Assembly: GCA_038321985.1 (NCBI GenBank)
Contig: JBBQFN010000048.1
Coordinates: forward strand, 1 to 34,381
Length of the DNA stretch: 34,381 bases
Reading direction: 5' to 3'
Source: Cyanophyceae cyanobacterium
GTDB lineage: Bacteria > Cyanobacteriota > Cyanobacteriia > Cyanobacteriales > Laspinemataceae
A model generated the notes under the pieces. It had not been told where the DNA came from and made no database searches. It saw only the letters and a list, made by a program, of their open reading frames with translations. This document shows positions 9,156 to 17,608 of this stretch, one piece after another (position 1 is the stretch's first letter; every line of letters begins with the position of its first letter). The position numbers and the translations under genes are program-made.

Positions 9156-10247
9156 ATGAAAATGTTTGTTCCAGGCCGTCTTTGTTTATTTGGAGAACAC
9201 AGTGATTGGTCCGGGGGATATCGAAGCATCAATCCCGCTCTCCAAAAAGGATACACCCTCAGTGTCGGGACCAATCAAGGCATTTATGCCCAACTCAAAC
9301 CCCATCCGACGCACCTAATTCTTCACTCTTGTCTGACTGATGGCACTCGTAAAGAATTGTTACAAATTCCCATGGAACGAGAAGTGCTACTAGCAGAATC
9401 GAGAAAGGGTAGTTTCTTTAGTTATGCCGCAGGAGTTGCCTATCAAGCACTCACTTTTTATCAGGTCCAAGGGATAGAGATTGATAACTATGAGACCGAT
9501 TTACCCATCCAGAAAGGGTTAGCATCCAGTGCAGCCATTTGCGTCCTTGTTGCCCGAGCTTTCAATCATTTTTACCAGTTAAAATTAACCCTTCGTGGGG
9601 AAATGGAGTTAGCTTATCAAGGCGAAATTACCACCCCCTCGCGCTGTGGTCGTCTTGACCAAAGTTGTGCCTACGGTAATCGACCCGTTATGATGGTATT
9701 TGACGGGCCGCATATTAATATTGTAGAACTTCCGATCAACACCAGTTTATTTTTTGTAATCGTCGATTTAGCCGCCTCTAAGAATACTCAGGAAATCCTC
9801 AGTATTCTCAATCAATGTTATCCCTTTGCAACCAATGAAATTAAACAAGGTGTTCATAAATATCTAGGGGAGATTAGCGCGGGTATTACCCAAGAAGCCG
9901 GGGCTGCATTAGAACAGGGAGATGCAGAACACCTCGGGGTATTAATGAAGCAAGCTCAGGCGGAATTTGACCGCTATTTAATTCGGGCCTGTCCTTCCCA
10001 ATTAACCGCACCTGTTCTGCATTTGCTTCTCAAACATCCTCCGCTTCAAACCTTCATTTTTGGCGGGAAAGGCGTCGGTTCTCAAGGAGATGGCACCGCA
10101 CAATTTATTGTAAAAAATCAAGAAAATCAGCAGCGAGTTATCGATATTATTAAACGAGATTTCCCTCAAATGCAATGTCTGAAATTAGTCATTTCCTCTT
10201 CTTCGGCTGATTCCGCGAATAAAGAGGCATTTCCAGTATCTCTTTAA
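9156..10247 (+). CDS. GHMP family sugar kinase (galactokinase/glucuronokinase-like)
   Basis: PGRLCLFGEHSD, PIQKGLASSAA (GHMP ATP-binding loop), CGRLDQ, GGKGVGSQGDG. Confidence 0.9.
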   Translation: MKMFVPGRLCLFGEHSDWSGGYRSINPALQKGYTLSVGTNQGIYAQLKPHPTHLILHSCLTDGTRKELLQIPMEREVLLAESRKGSFFSYAAGVAYQALTFYQVQGIEIDNYETDLPIQKGLASSAAICVLVARAFNHFYQLKLTLRGEMELAYQGEITTPSRCGRLDQSCAYGNRPVMMVFDGPHINIVELPINTSLFFVIVDLAASKNTQEILSILNQCYPFATNEIKQGVHKYLGEISAGITQEAGAALEQGDAEHLGVLMKQAQAEFDRYLIRACPSQLTAPVLHLLLKHPPLQTFIFGGKGVGSQGDGTAQFIVKNQENQQRVIDIIKRDFPQMQCLKLVISSSSADSANKEAFPVSL

Positions 10248-10295
10248 TTCCTATTCATCCTTGATAATGTCTGATATTTACCGGATGGCTTTAAT

Positions 10296-11189
10296 ATGAA
10301 AAAATCAAATGCTCCTCTTCGGAAAGCCCTTATACCTGCGGCAGGATTTGGTACTCGCTTGTTTCCCGCCACGAAAGCTGTAAAAAAAGAATTATTACCG
10401 ATTATCGACAGCGATGGTCGAGTGAAGCCCACTATTTTAGCTATTGTTGAAGAAGCCATCAGCGCCGGAATTGAAGAGGTGGGAATTATTATTCAAAAGG
10501 ATGACAAACCCTTGTTTGAGAGCTTTTTTAAAACTCCATTAACCGAAGTATATTATAACAAACTTTCTCCAGAAAATCAAGTCTATAGCAACTATTTACA
10601 AGAATTAGGCCAAAAAGTTACTCTTTTAACTCAAGATGTTCAAGAGGGGTATGGTCATGCAGTTTTTTGCGCGAAAGATTGGGTAAACAACGAACCCTTC
10701 CTGCTGTTTTTAGGCGATCATGTTTATTTATCGGACACCCCGGTTTCTTGTGCCAGCCAACTTGTAGAGGTTTACAACACTGTTGGAAAAAGTGCAGTCG
10801 CCCTTACGGTAACTCCTGCGGCAGAAATTTATCACTGCGGTTGCGTGACGGGAAATTGGCAAGATAAAGCGGGAATTTTATCCCTGACTCAAGTCTGCGA
10901 AAAGCCGGATATAGACTATGCTCGAAAAAACTTAAAGGTAGAGGGATTAAACGGCGATCGCTTCTTAACCGTATTTGGAATTTACGCCCTTACTCCCACA
11001 ATATTTGACTATCTCGAAGCTAATATCCGCAATAATCTCCGAGAAAAAGGAGAATTCCAGCTCACGAGTTGTCTCGAACAAGTGCGGCAAGCTGAAGGAA
11101 TGTATGGCTATCAAATCAAGGGACGGTGTTTCGATACAGGAATGCCCGCTACCTATTATCAGACTTTCATAGACTTTCGCAACGCTTAA
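10296..11189 (+). CDS. Sugar-1-phosphate nucleotidyltransferase (GalU-like UTP-sugar-1-P uridylyltransferase)
   Basis: KALIPAAGFGTRLFPATKAVKKELLP, GYGHAV, LGDH, EKP, GEFQLT. Confidence 0.9.
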   Translation: MKKSNAPLRKALIPAAGFGTRLFPATKAVKKELLPIIDSDGRVKPTILAIVEEAISAGIEEVGIIIQKDDKPLFESFFKTPLTEVYYNKLSPENQVYSNYLQELGQKVTLLTQDVQEGYGHAVFCAKDWVNNEPFLLFLGDHVYLSDTPVSCASQLVEVYNTVGKSAVALTVTPAAEIYHCGCVTGNWQDKAGILSLTQVCEKPDIDYARKNLKVEGLNGDRFLTVFGIYALTPTIFDYLEANIRNNLREKGEFQLTSCLEQVRQAEGMYGYQIKGRCFDTGMPATYYQTFIDFRNA

Positions 11190-11268
11190 AAATTGTCCTG
11201 AATCCAACGTAGCCTGATTGACATTTGATAGCATAGAGGGGAACCCTAGCAGAATTGACTAAACTCCG

Positions 11269-11946
11269 ATGAGAAAACTCGGCTTTGGATTGATATGGAT
11301 TGGACTAATCGTTTATGCCTTTGGATTTGCACCACCGGATAACCCCGCCGCAACCTTTGAATTAATTAAAAACCTCGTAACCGGAGAATGGGAGGGAATT
11401 AATCCGCTGATTATTGCCCTTTTTAATATCATGGGAGTATGGCCGTTTATTTATAGCGGCGTGTTATTTTTAGATGGGAAAGGACAGAAAATTCCCGCAT
11501 GGCCTTTTGTCACCTTTTCCTTTGGAGTCGGTGCATTTGCCTTGTTACCCTATCTAGCCCTGCGCCAGCCTAACCCCCGCTTTTCCGGGGAAAAAAACTG
11601 GTTTCTAAAAGCAATAGACTCGCGAATTTTCGGGGCGATCGCCGCCTTATCAGCCCTCCTCTTAGTGGGATATGGTATCACCCAGGGAAATTGGAGTGAT
11701 TACCTCTACCAGTGGCAAACCAGCCGATTTATTCACGTCATGACATTAGACTTTTGCCTACTTTGCCTCCTTTTTCCCACCGTACTCGGGGATGACATGG
11801 CGCGACGGGGTTTAAACCGTCCCCTGATATTTTGGATCGTCGCCTTAATTCCCCTATTAGGACCGGCATTTTATTTAGCCTTACGTCCCCCCGTCCAAGT
11901 GAGTGGGGAAACGGTACCTATGAATACACCTGTCACTCAGGAATAG
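11269..11946 (+). CDS. Conserved cyanobacterial membrane protein (DUF2834-like)
   Basis: Multiple hydrophobic helices; ALFNIMGVWP, SRFIHVMTLDF, DDMARRG motifs. Confidence 0.75.
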   Translation: MRKLGFGLIWIGLIVYAFGFAPPDNPAATFELIKNLVTGEWEGINPLIIALFNIMGVWPFIYSGVLFLDGKGQKIPAWPFVTFSFGVGAFALLPYLALRQPNPRFSGEKNWFLKAIDSRIFGAIAALSALLLVGYGITQGNWSDYLYQWQTSRFIHVMTLDFCLLCLLFPTVLGDDMARRGLNRPLIFWIVALIPLLGPAFYLALRPPVQVSGETVPMNTPVTQE

Positions 11947-11953
11947 TATAGTA

Positions 11954-11975
11954 GCGACAGAATTGATTCTGTCGC
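11954..11975. terminator. Perfect inverted repeat after the DUF2834-like gene
   Basis: GCGACAGAAT-TG-ATTCTGTCGC. Confidence 0.55.
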
Positions 11976-11987
11976 GATTCCAGGCGA

Positions 11988-12021
11988 TCGCCCTCCAAAA
12001 AACACAAAAGGCGCGATCGCC
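11988..12021 (+). repeat. Left copy of 34-bp direct repeat bounding the NACHT islet
   Basis: TCGCCCTCCAAAAAACACAAAAGGCGCGATCGCC; 31/34 identical to 17552-17585. Confidence 0.9.
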
Positions 12022-12030
12022 AACTCAAAA

Positions 12031-12675
12031 TCAGCCATAACTCCCTGTATTGGATCCAGAGGTAAGATGTTCTGGACAGTAAGCAGGGGGAATATTACAA
12101 TAGCGACATTCCCAAGTGCTGACCGATGGGGTTGGGGGTGTGGCAGTGGCGATCGCCGCAATGGTTTCGCGCAAAAACTCTTTGAACTGGCGATCGACAC
12201 AGGAAGCAGGAATATCTACGGTGCCATCGGGATAAATTAGCCGTCCGTGGGGGATTTGACCCTGACAGTAATGTTGGGTTTCCGATGCCAGAGGCAGCAG
12301 TAGCATATACAGTAGAACTTGAAAGCGGTGAGAGTCGCGGCGCTTGCCGGTTTTGCAGTCTTCTACCACCACCCAGCCATCTTTGAGGGCGACAATATCC
12401 GGTCTGCCAGCAACGCAGATTTCGTAACTTTTACCGTTGACTTTGAACGAGTTGGCATACTCTACATAGACCGTAAAGCCTTCCCGTTTAAGCTGTTCCG
12501 CCCGTTGAATCACCATTTCATCGTGTTCTGACGAGTCATAACTGCTGGGGGGCTTATCAAACTGGTACTGAGTTTGGAACCAGACAGCATACTGACAGTG
12601 TTTTTCCCCTGCCATAATTTTCGCCAGCCAAGTCACCCAAGCGTAGGCATTGAAGCGTTTTTGAGCGGGTTTCAT
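12031..12675 (-). CDS. Solo Cas4-like / RecB-family PD-(D/E)XK nuclease with predicted 4Fe-4S cluster
   Basis: GRPD93…ED106CK108TG…Q119xxxY123; Cys27 plus C190xxC193-x6-C200; AAGGAG RBS upstream. Confidence 0.85.
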   Translation of the reverse strand: MKPAQKRFNAYAWVTWLAKIMAGEKHCQYAVWFQTQYQFDKPPSSYDSSEHDEMVIQRAEQLKREGFTVYVEYANSFKVNGKSYEICVAGRPDIVALKDGWVVVEDCKTGKRRDSHRFQVLLYMLLLPLASETQHYCQGQIPHGRLIYPDGTVDIPASCVDRQFKEFLRETIAAIATATPPTPSVSTWECRYCNIPPAYCPEHLTSGSNTGSYG

Positions 12676-12749
12676 TCTCTTGATCTCCTTAATGATGTAA
12701 TGAATCTAAGCTGTCGGGTAAGCAGTGCCTACCCTCCGGGGTGATGGAA

Positions 12750-13013
12750 CTAAAGGCGATCGTGCAAAACTTTCCAGGCATTCTCGCCAATTGCCTCAGC
12801 CGTCCAAGGGCCGCATCGATAGGCTTTGCCGCTTTTCTTAGCGCGATAAAGGGTTGTGGTGGAGACTTGCAGCAAACTGGCTGCTCTTGCGGTGGTGCAA
12901 GATGGCTCAATCACGCTCGCTTGGGGGCGTTGCTGTAACTTGCGTTTGCGGTTGAGTAAGTCCACTGGAATAGGTTGCTCGCCGGGAAATAAGTTGAGTT
13001 GGAATGCTGTCAT
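12750..13013 (-). CDS. Small HTH DNA-binding protein (excisionase/HTH_17-like)
   Basis: TTARAASLLQVSTTTLYR HTH pattern; GAGGAG RBS before ATG at 13013 (ORF track start 13052). Confidence 0.7.
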   Translation of the reverse strand: MTAFQLNLFPGEQPIPVDLLNRKRKLQQRPQASVIEPSCTTARAASLLQVSTTTLYRAKKSGKAYRCGPWTAEAIGENAWKVLHDRL

Positions 13014-13085
13014 GAGTTGACTCCTCAAGTGCTGATATTTCAGTGATAACAAGAGAAGGCTGTATCTGAACAGAGGCTAAAACAG

Positions 13086-13112
13086 GCAGTTAAGGGCAAT
13101 TTGCTTAACTGC
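13086..13112. promoter_or_regulatory. Inverted repeat in divergent promoter region (candidate operator)
   Basis: GCAGTTAAG-N9-CTTAACTGC, perfect 9-bp arms. Confidence 0.45.
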
Positions 13113-13185
13113 GGTTATCTGCCTGGGGAGATACCCAGCGAAACTGGCTAAAGTAGAGAGAGGCGAATTGATTTGGTGCTTACCC

Positions 13186-16100
13186 ATGACGCAAAAAAGA
13201 AGATCTCGTGGCTTGGCTATAACCCCTGAAGGAATAGAAAAAATTGAGAAGATCCGAACGGAGAAGGAATGGGCTATTGAAACTTTGGCGAAGAAGGCAA
13301 AGCTCAACGTCAGTACGCTTCAGCGACTGATGAAGGGCGAACCAAAAGATAGACCTACCATTCTCAAGCTGGCCCAAACATTAGGGTTAGAACCCACCGA
13401 TCTCGTTGATCGTAATGAGTGGGAACCACCGCAGCGCAAAAAACCAGCGTCAAAACCGAAATCTACCGATCTGGATTGGCGGCAGATTTGCCGTAAGAGG
13501 TTGAATCAACAGAAGGGATTGACCACGAATCCCCTCACGCGCAAAGATGGGATAGAGTTTGATCGCCCAGAAATCTATGTGCCCCTGCAATTGGTGCATC
13601 GACCCAAACGGGAACAGCATCCAGATCTTGATTCCGCAGAGGCAGGTTCGCAGTTTTATGGATTGCCGCAGCAACAGAATGAATCTCTAGAGGACGAGGC
13701 GCAGATCCCCCAGGAATACGATCTCGATCAGATTTGTCAAGAACTCCTGAACCCAGGAGAAACCGAAGAGGAAACAGACTCACGACCCCTCGCTGCCATC
13801 ATCGGAGAACCGGGTGCTGGAAAATCTACACTTTTACAAAATATCGGCGAATGGGTGGATCGGCAGACGAAAACCGATGTACCGCTTTTAGTTTCTCTCC
13901 GTTCAGTAGGCGATAAACCGCTCTATGATTATCTGATAGAGGATTGGTTGCGAGATGCAGCAGGAGAAGCGGAGGCGGCATCGGAAGAATGGAAGCAACC
14001 CTTTCGGCAACTGCTCAAAAGCGGTAGAGTTTGGCTATTGTTAGATGGGGCAGATGAGATGGGAGTAGTCAGTCCCCTCGCGGAAATTGCCGAACAACTG
14101 CGCGAAGGTTGGGCAAACAACCTGCGGGTTGTACTCACCTGTCGCATGAATGTGTGGGATGCGGGTAATAATTACCTGGAAGGGTTCAGGACTTACAAAA
14201 CATTGCCTTTGACCTATGGAGATGCCGACACGCCCGATCGCGTTGGAGAATTTATCACGAAGTGGTTTAAACCCAATCCCGAACGGGGTAAAAAACTCAG
14301 GTCAGAATTAGACAATCCACAAAAAACAAGAATCAAGGATTTGGTAAAAAATCCCTTGCGGTTGGCGTTGCTTTGTTACACATGGCAACTGAACGAGGGA
14401 GAGTTACCCGATACCAAAGCAGAACTCTACAGCCAGTTTGTAAATTTGATTTATCAGTGGAAAGATAATACATTTCCAATCCATAAATTGAACCAAGCTT
14501 TAGGACAATTGGCACTCGAATCGCTGAATAGCAGTTCATCCAGGTTTTGCCTGCGAGAAAGCGTTGTGCGTGGGGTGCTGGAAAAGTCACAGCCTGAGTT
14601 GTTTCAGTTCGCGATTAATAGCGGTTGGCTAAATCGGATAGGTGTAACAGCAGAAAAACCTAGAGAAGACGCCTATGCTTTCTTTCATCCGACGTTTCAG
14701 GAATATTTTGCCGCTCTTGCGATCAGTGAGGACTGGACATATTTTCTCAATCATACTCCCGAGGATCCCAGTCAAGGCACTTATCGAATTTTTGAGCCGC
14801 AATGGAAAGAGGTGTTTTTACTCTGGATGGGTCTAAAAAGCGATGAGAGCAGTAGTGTTTCTAATGAGAAACAAAAGGAAAATTTTATAGAAGCGTTACT
14901 TCAGTTTAAGACTCAGATTAAATTTTATAGACTCATAGTATATTTAATTGCCTGCCAAGGAATAGCCGAGTTGAGAGAAAGTCGATTTACCACGGATATT
15001 GTAGAAACACTTGTTGCCTTTGGTTTTGGATCTCCGACTAAAAACATGGGGGAATGGATAAATAAAAATGCTTCGGAATTGATAAATAAAAATACTTCGG
15101 AATTGATAAATAAAAATGCTTCGGAATTGAGAAGACGTTTTCGGTGGGGTAAGACTGCCGCAAGAACCGCATTGAAAACAACTAATCACTCCCAGGTTAT
15201 AGAGGGTTTAAATAATTTAAAAAAACAAATTCCAACTATGTGCTTTGAGGTGTATTACTTTGTGGAAAGCCTAGACGATAGTAAAAAAAATCAAGATTTA
15301 TCAAATCCAAATTTTTGTAATTTTCAGAAGAAAAAACATGAAAATATCAACTCTTTTGTCTTTGTGAATTTCGACGGAAATGACGGCAATGAAACTGGGA
15401 ATTATCCAAGGCCGGGATACATACAATTAGCTGATTTTAATAATGAACTCTGTTTAAGGGATATTCGTCAATTACCAAAAATTGATCCTGATAATTCAGA
15501 AGAGATAACTGCTCTAATCAAGCTAATCGAAAGAGCCATCGCCTCTTATATACCGGGCAAGGCAAAAAAATACGGTTATTTTCTGGGTTTACTAGAGGAA
15601 AGTCAACTTTATTTAATTGTAGAGTTAATAGATAGGTTAGGAGACTGTAGGCCAGGAAATACGCAAGCCCTAGAGTTTTTAGTCCGCCTCTTAAAAAATG
15701 CCCAGGATGAATTTATTGCTGAAAGAGTAGGGATTATTTTAGAAAAAATTGCAATTGCCAACTCCCTGGTTCTCCAAATGCTAACTGATATGCTTGAACC
15801 TAATTATCGGGACTTTGTTCGACTTTATTCTGCTTCCACACTCTGTAAAATAGATGCAGGTAACCAGAATGCAATCAGCACTTTAATAGAGGTGTTAAAA
15901 TTTCCATCGATAGAACCTGAATATGATGATGGATTTGAGAAAGAAGATCTAAATTATGCCTCTATCGTAATTGATATATTTGAAAAATTTGCAGTTGCCA
16001 ATAACCAAGTCATTAAAGCGATGGTAGATGTCATACCAAACTGCTTTTGGTGGTCCCGAAAAATTCCCGGATTGCTAGGTAAAATTGCTTTTAACAATCC

Positions 16101-17538
16101 AGAAGCAATCAAAGGCTTAACAAATTTAATATCTTCTCATCAAACAGAAGAGACTTACTTTATTGCTGCTGTAAGTCTGTTGCAAATCAATCCAGAAAAT
16201 TCTGATGGTATTCAAAGATTGACTAACCTCGTTGATTCAGCGCAGGAAAGACACATCAGGACTAAGGCTGCGTATGAACTCCGGGAAATTGGAAAACTTG
16301 ATAATAATAATTGGAAGGCAATTAAACTATTTATTGATGAGATCTGTGATTTTAGAAAAGGAAGAAACTGGAGACGAAGTGAATTATGTCAGTTTATTTC
16401 TAAAAATGAAAATATTGTAAACAAATTACTTCAAATTATTCTTGATCCCTCCCTAGGGGAAAATCTTCGCATTCAAGTTATTTTTATTTTAATAAATAAC
16501 ATAGTAGCTGGTAATAATCCTAGATTTTTAGAAACTCTAAATTATCTTGTAGATAACGAATCTAACACGGAGATCTGCCGCCTATCCTTAAATACCTTAT
16601 TGAGCCGCTATCCTAAAGAACCGAAGCTAATCGAGGAAGCCATTAAAGATCGGACTCAATTATTTAATGCCTCTGAATCAGAGGAATGCCGTTTAGATAC
16701 TGCTGCATCGCTTCAAAATATCGATCCTAATAATCTGGATGCACTTAACGTAATAATTGATGTTTTACTCACCAGCCAAGATTGGTTTGATCTAGAAACC
16801 GTAGATGATAATGATAATGATTATATCATAACTGCCAGAACTAAGAAAGGGGCGCAGTTATTAAAGAAAGTGCATCATCCTAACATACTTACTATCGTTG
16901 TGACTCGATTGCAACGTTGGCTCATTGAGGGAAACAACGAACCCAATTACTCTCGACGTTCAGTGCTAATCGACGAGGTTCTCTTTCACTGTGCTCTTAA
17001 AATGTCTTATCCTAAGTTTTTCGAGGCTTCGGTTGCAGTACAACCCTCTAATTTAGAGGCAGGGGATACCCTTTCTGTCGCTAATTCTTCTATCATTCAA
17101 TCTTTGGAAAATCAATTAAAAAGTATGGCCGATCGCCTGCAATCGACTGAGAAAACTCAACTACTGTGGATTGATGCGCGTACTCTCCAATCCCAAACTG
17201 ACTTCAGCCCGATCGCCCAAGAACTCTGCACCCAAATTTATCTCATCGCCAATGCCGGAATCCCACCGTTTGATGTAGATAGTGCGGTGAAACTGAAACC
17301 TCATATTCTGCATATTCGAGCATTTTTGCAAAAGCAAAACCTAGCGCTGATTCTCGCCGAATGTGAACCGAACGATCGCCTCGTTGAGTTTTTCCAGGAA
17401 CAACTCCTCCCCGGTTTAGACAAATTTCTCCATGTTGCTTGGATTAGCAGTCGTCCTCTGGAAGCCCCACTCAAAGCCTTTCCTCAACAAGCAAATTTAC
17501 TGAGTGCGATTCAAAACTGGATCAATGAACTGGGTTAG
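13186..17538 (+). CDS. XRE-HTH - NACHT NTPase - HEAT-like repeat protein (bacterial NLR/STAND)
   Basis: N-terminal HTH (WAIETLAKKAKLNVSTLQRLMKG), IYVPL, Walker A GEPGAGKS, Walker B WLLLDGADE, LTCR, NPLRL, FFHPTFQEYFAA, HEAT-like units (AASLQNIDPNNLDALNVI). ATG at 13186 preferred over TTG at 13168. Confidence 0.92.
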   Translation: MTQKRRSRGLAITPEGIEKIEKIRTEKEWAIETLAKKAKLNVSTLQRLMKGEPKDRPTILKLAQTLGLEPTDLVDRNEWEPPQRKKPASKPKSTDLDWRQICRKRLNQQKGLTTNPLTRKDGIEFDRPEIYVPLQLVHRPKREQHPDLDSAEAGSQFYGLPQQQNESLEDEAQIPQEYDLDQICQELLNPGETEEETDSRPLAAIIGEPGAGKSTLLQNIGEWVDRQTKTDVPLLVSLRSVGDKPLYDYLIEDWLRDAAGEAEAASEEWKQPFRQLLKSGRVWLLLDGADEMGVVSPLAEIAEQLREGWANNLRVVLTCRMNVWDAGNNYLEGFRTYKTLPLTYGDADTPDRVGEFITKWFKPNPERGKKLRSELDNPQKTRIKDLVKNPLRLALLCYTWQLNEGELPDTKAELYSQFVNLIYQWKDNTFPIHKLNQALGQLALESLNSSSSRFCLRESVVRGVLEKSQPELFQFAINSGWLNRIGVTAEKPREDAYAFFHPTFQEYFAALAISEDWTYFLNHTPEDPSQGTYRIFEPQWKEVFLLWMGLKSDESSSVSNEKQKENFIEALLQFKTQIKFYRLIVYLIACQGIAELRESRFTTDIVETLVAFGFGSPTKNMGEWINKNASELINKNTSELINKNASELRRRFRWGKTAARTALKTTNHSQVIEGLNNLKKQIPTMCFEVYYFVESLDDSKKNQDLSNPNFCNFQKKKHENINSFVFVNFDGNDGNETGNYPRPGYIQLADFNNELCLRDIRQLPKIDPDNSEEITALIKLIERAIASYIPGKAKKYGYFLGLLEESQLYLIVELIDRLGDCRPGNTQALEFLVRLLKNAQDEFIAERVGIILEKIAIANSLVLQMLTDMLEPNYRDFVRLYSASTLCKIDAGNQNAISTLIEVLKFPSIEPEYDDGFEKEDLNYASIVIDIFEKFAVANNQVIKAMVDVIPNCFWWSRKIPGLLGKIAFNNPEAIKGLTNLISSHQTEETYFIAAVSLLQINPENSDGIQRLTNLVDSAQERHIRTKAAYELREIGKLDNNNWKAIKLFIDEICDFRKGRNWRRSELCQFISKNENIVNKLLQIILDPSLGENLRIQVIFILINNIVAGNNPRFLETLNYLVDNESNTEICRLSLNTLLSRYPKEPKLIEEAIKDRTQLFNASESEECRLDTAASLQNIDPNNLDALNVIIDVLLTSQDWFDLETVDDNDNDYIITARTKKGAQLLKKVHHPNILTIVVTRLQRWLIEGNNEPNYSRRSVLIDEVLFHCALKMSYPKFFEASVAVQPSNLEAGDTLSVANSSIIQSLENQLKSMADRLQSTEKTQLLWIDARTLQSQTDFSPIAQELCTQIYLIANAGIPPFDVDSAVKLKPHILHIRAFLQKQNLALILAECEPNDRLVEFFQEQLLPGLDKFLHVAWISSRPLEAPLKAFPQQANLLSAIQNWINELG
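15057..15128 (+). repeat. 3 x 24-bp in-frame tandem repeat (INKNA/TSEL)
   Basis: GATAAATAAAAATGCTTCGGAATT x3, with one G>A change in copy 2. Confidence 0.95.
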
Positions 17539-17551
17539 AGACGCATTACCG

Positions 17552-17585
17552 TCGCCTCCCAAAAAATACAAAAGGCGCGATCGCC
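17552..17585 (+). repeat. Right copy of 34-bp direct repeat
   Basis: TCGCCTCCCAAAAAATACAAAAGGCGCGATCGCC; 18-bp perfect core ACAAAAGGCGCGATCGCC shared with 12004-12021. Confidence 0.9.
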
Positions 17586-17591
17586 GCGCCT
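17573..17591 (-). terminator. Intrinsic terminator between convergent genes, overlapping the right repeat
   Basis: AGGCGCG-ATCGC-CGCGCCT stem preceded by A-runs (U-tract on minus strand). Confidence 0.6.
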
Positions 17592-17608
17592 CCTGTTATT
17601 CATTTGCG

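Larger units (their letters stand above)
11988..17585. mobile_element. Direct-repeat-bounded genomic islet (Cas4-like nuclease, small HTH, HTH-NACHT-HEAT)
   Basis: Three accessory genes enclosed tightly by the 34-bp direct repeats, between convergent conserved genes; no integrase or transposase recognisable. Confidence 0.65.

Noticed and set aside
12031..12675. CRISPR-Cas adaptation module
   Set aside because: No cas1, cas2 or repeat-spacer array anywhere in the window.
15057..15128. 24-bp repeats as a mini CRISPR array near the Cas4-like gene
   Set aside because: Copies are directly adjacent with no spacers and lie in frame within the NACHT gene.
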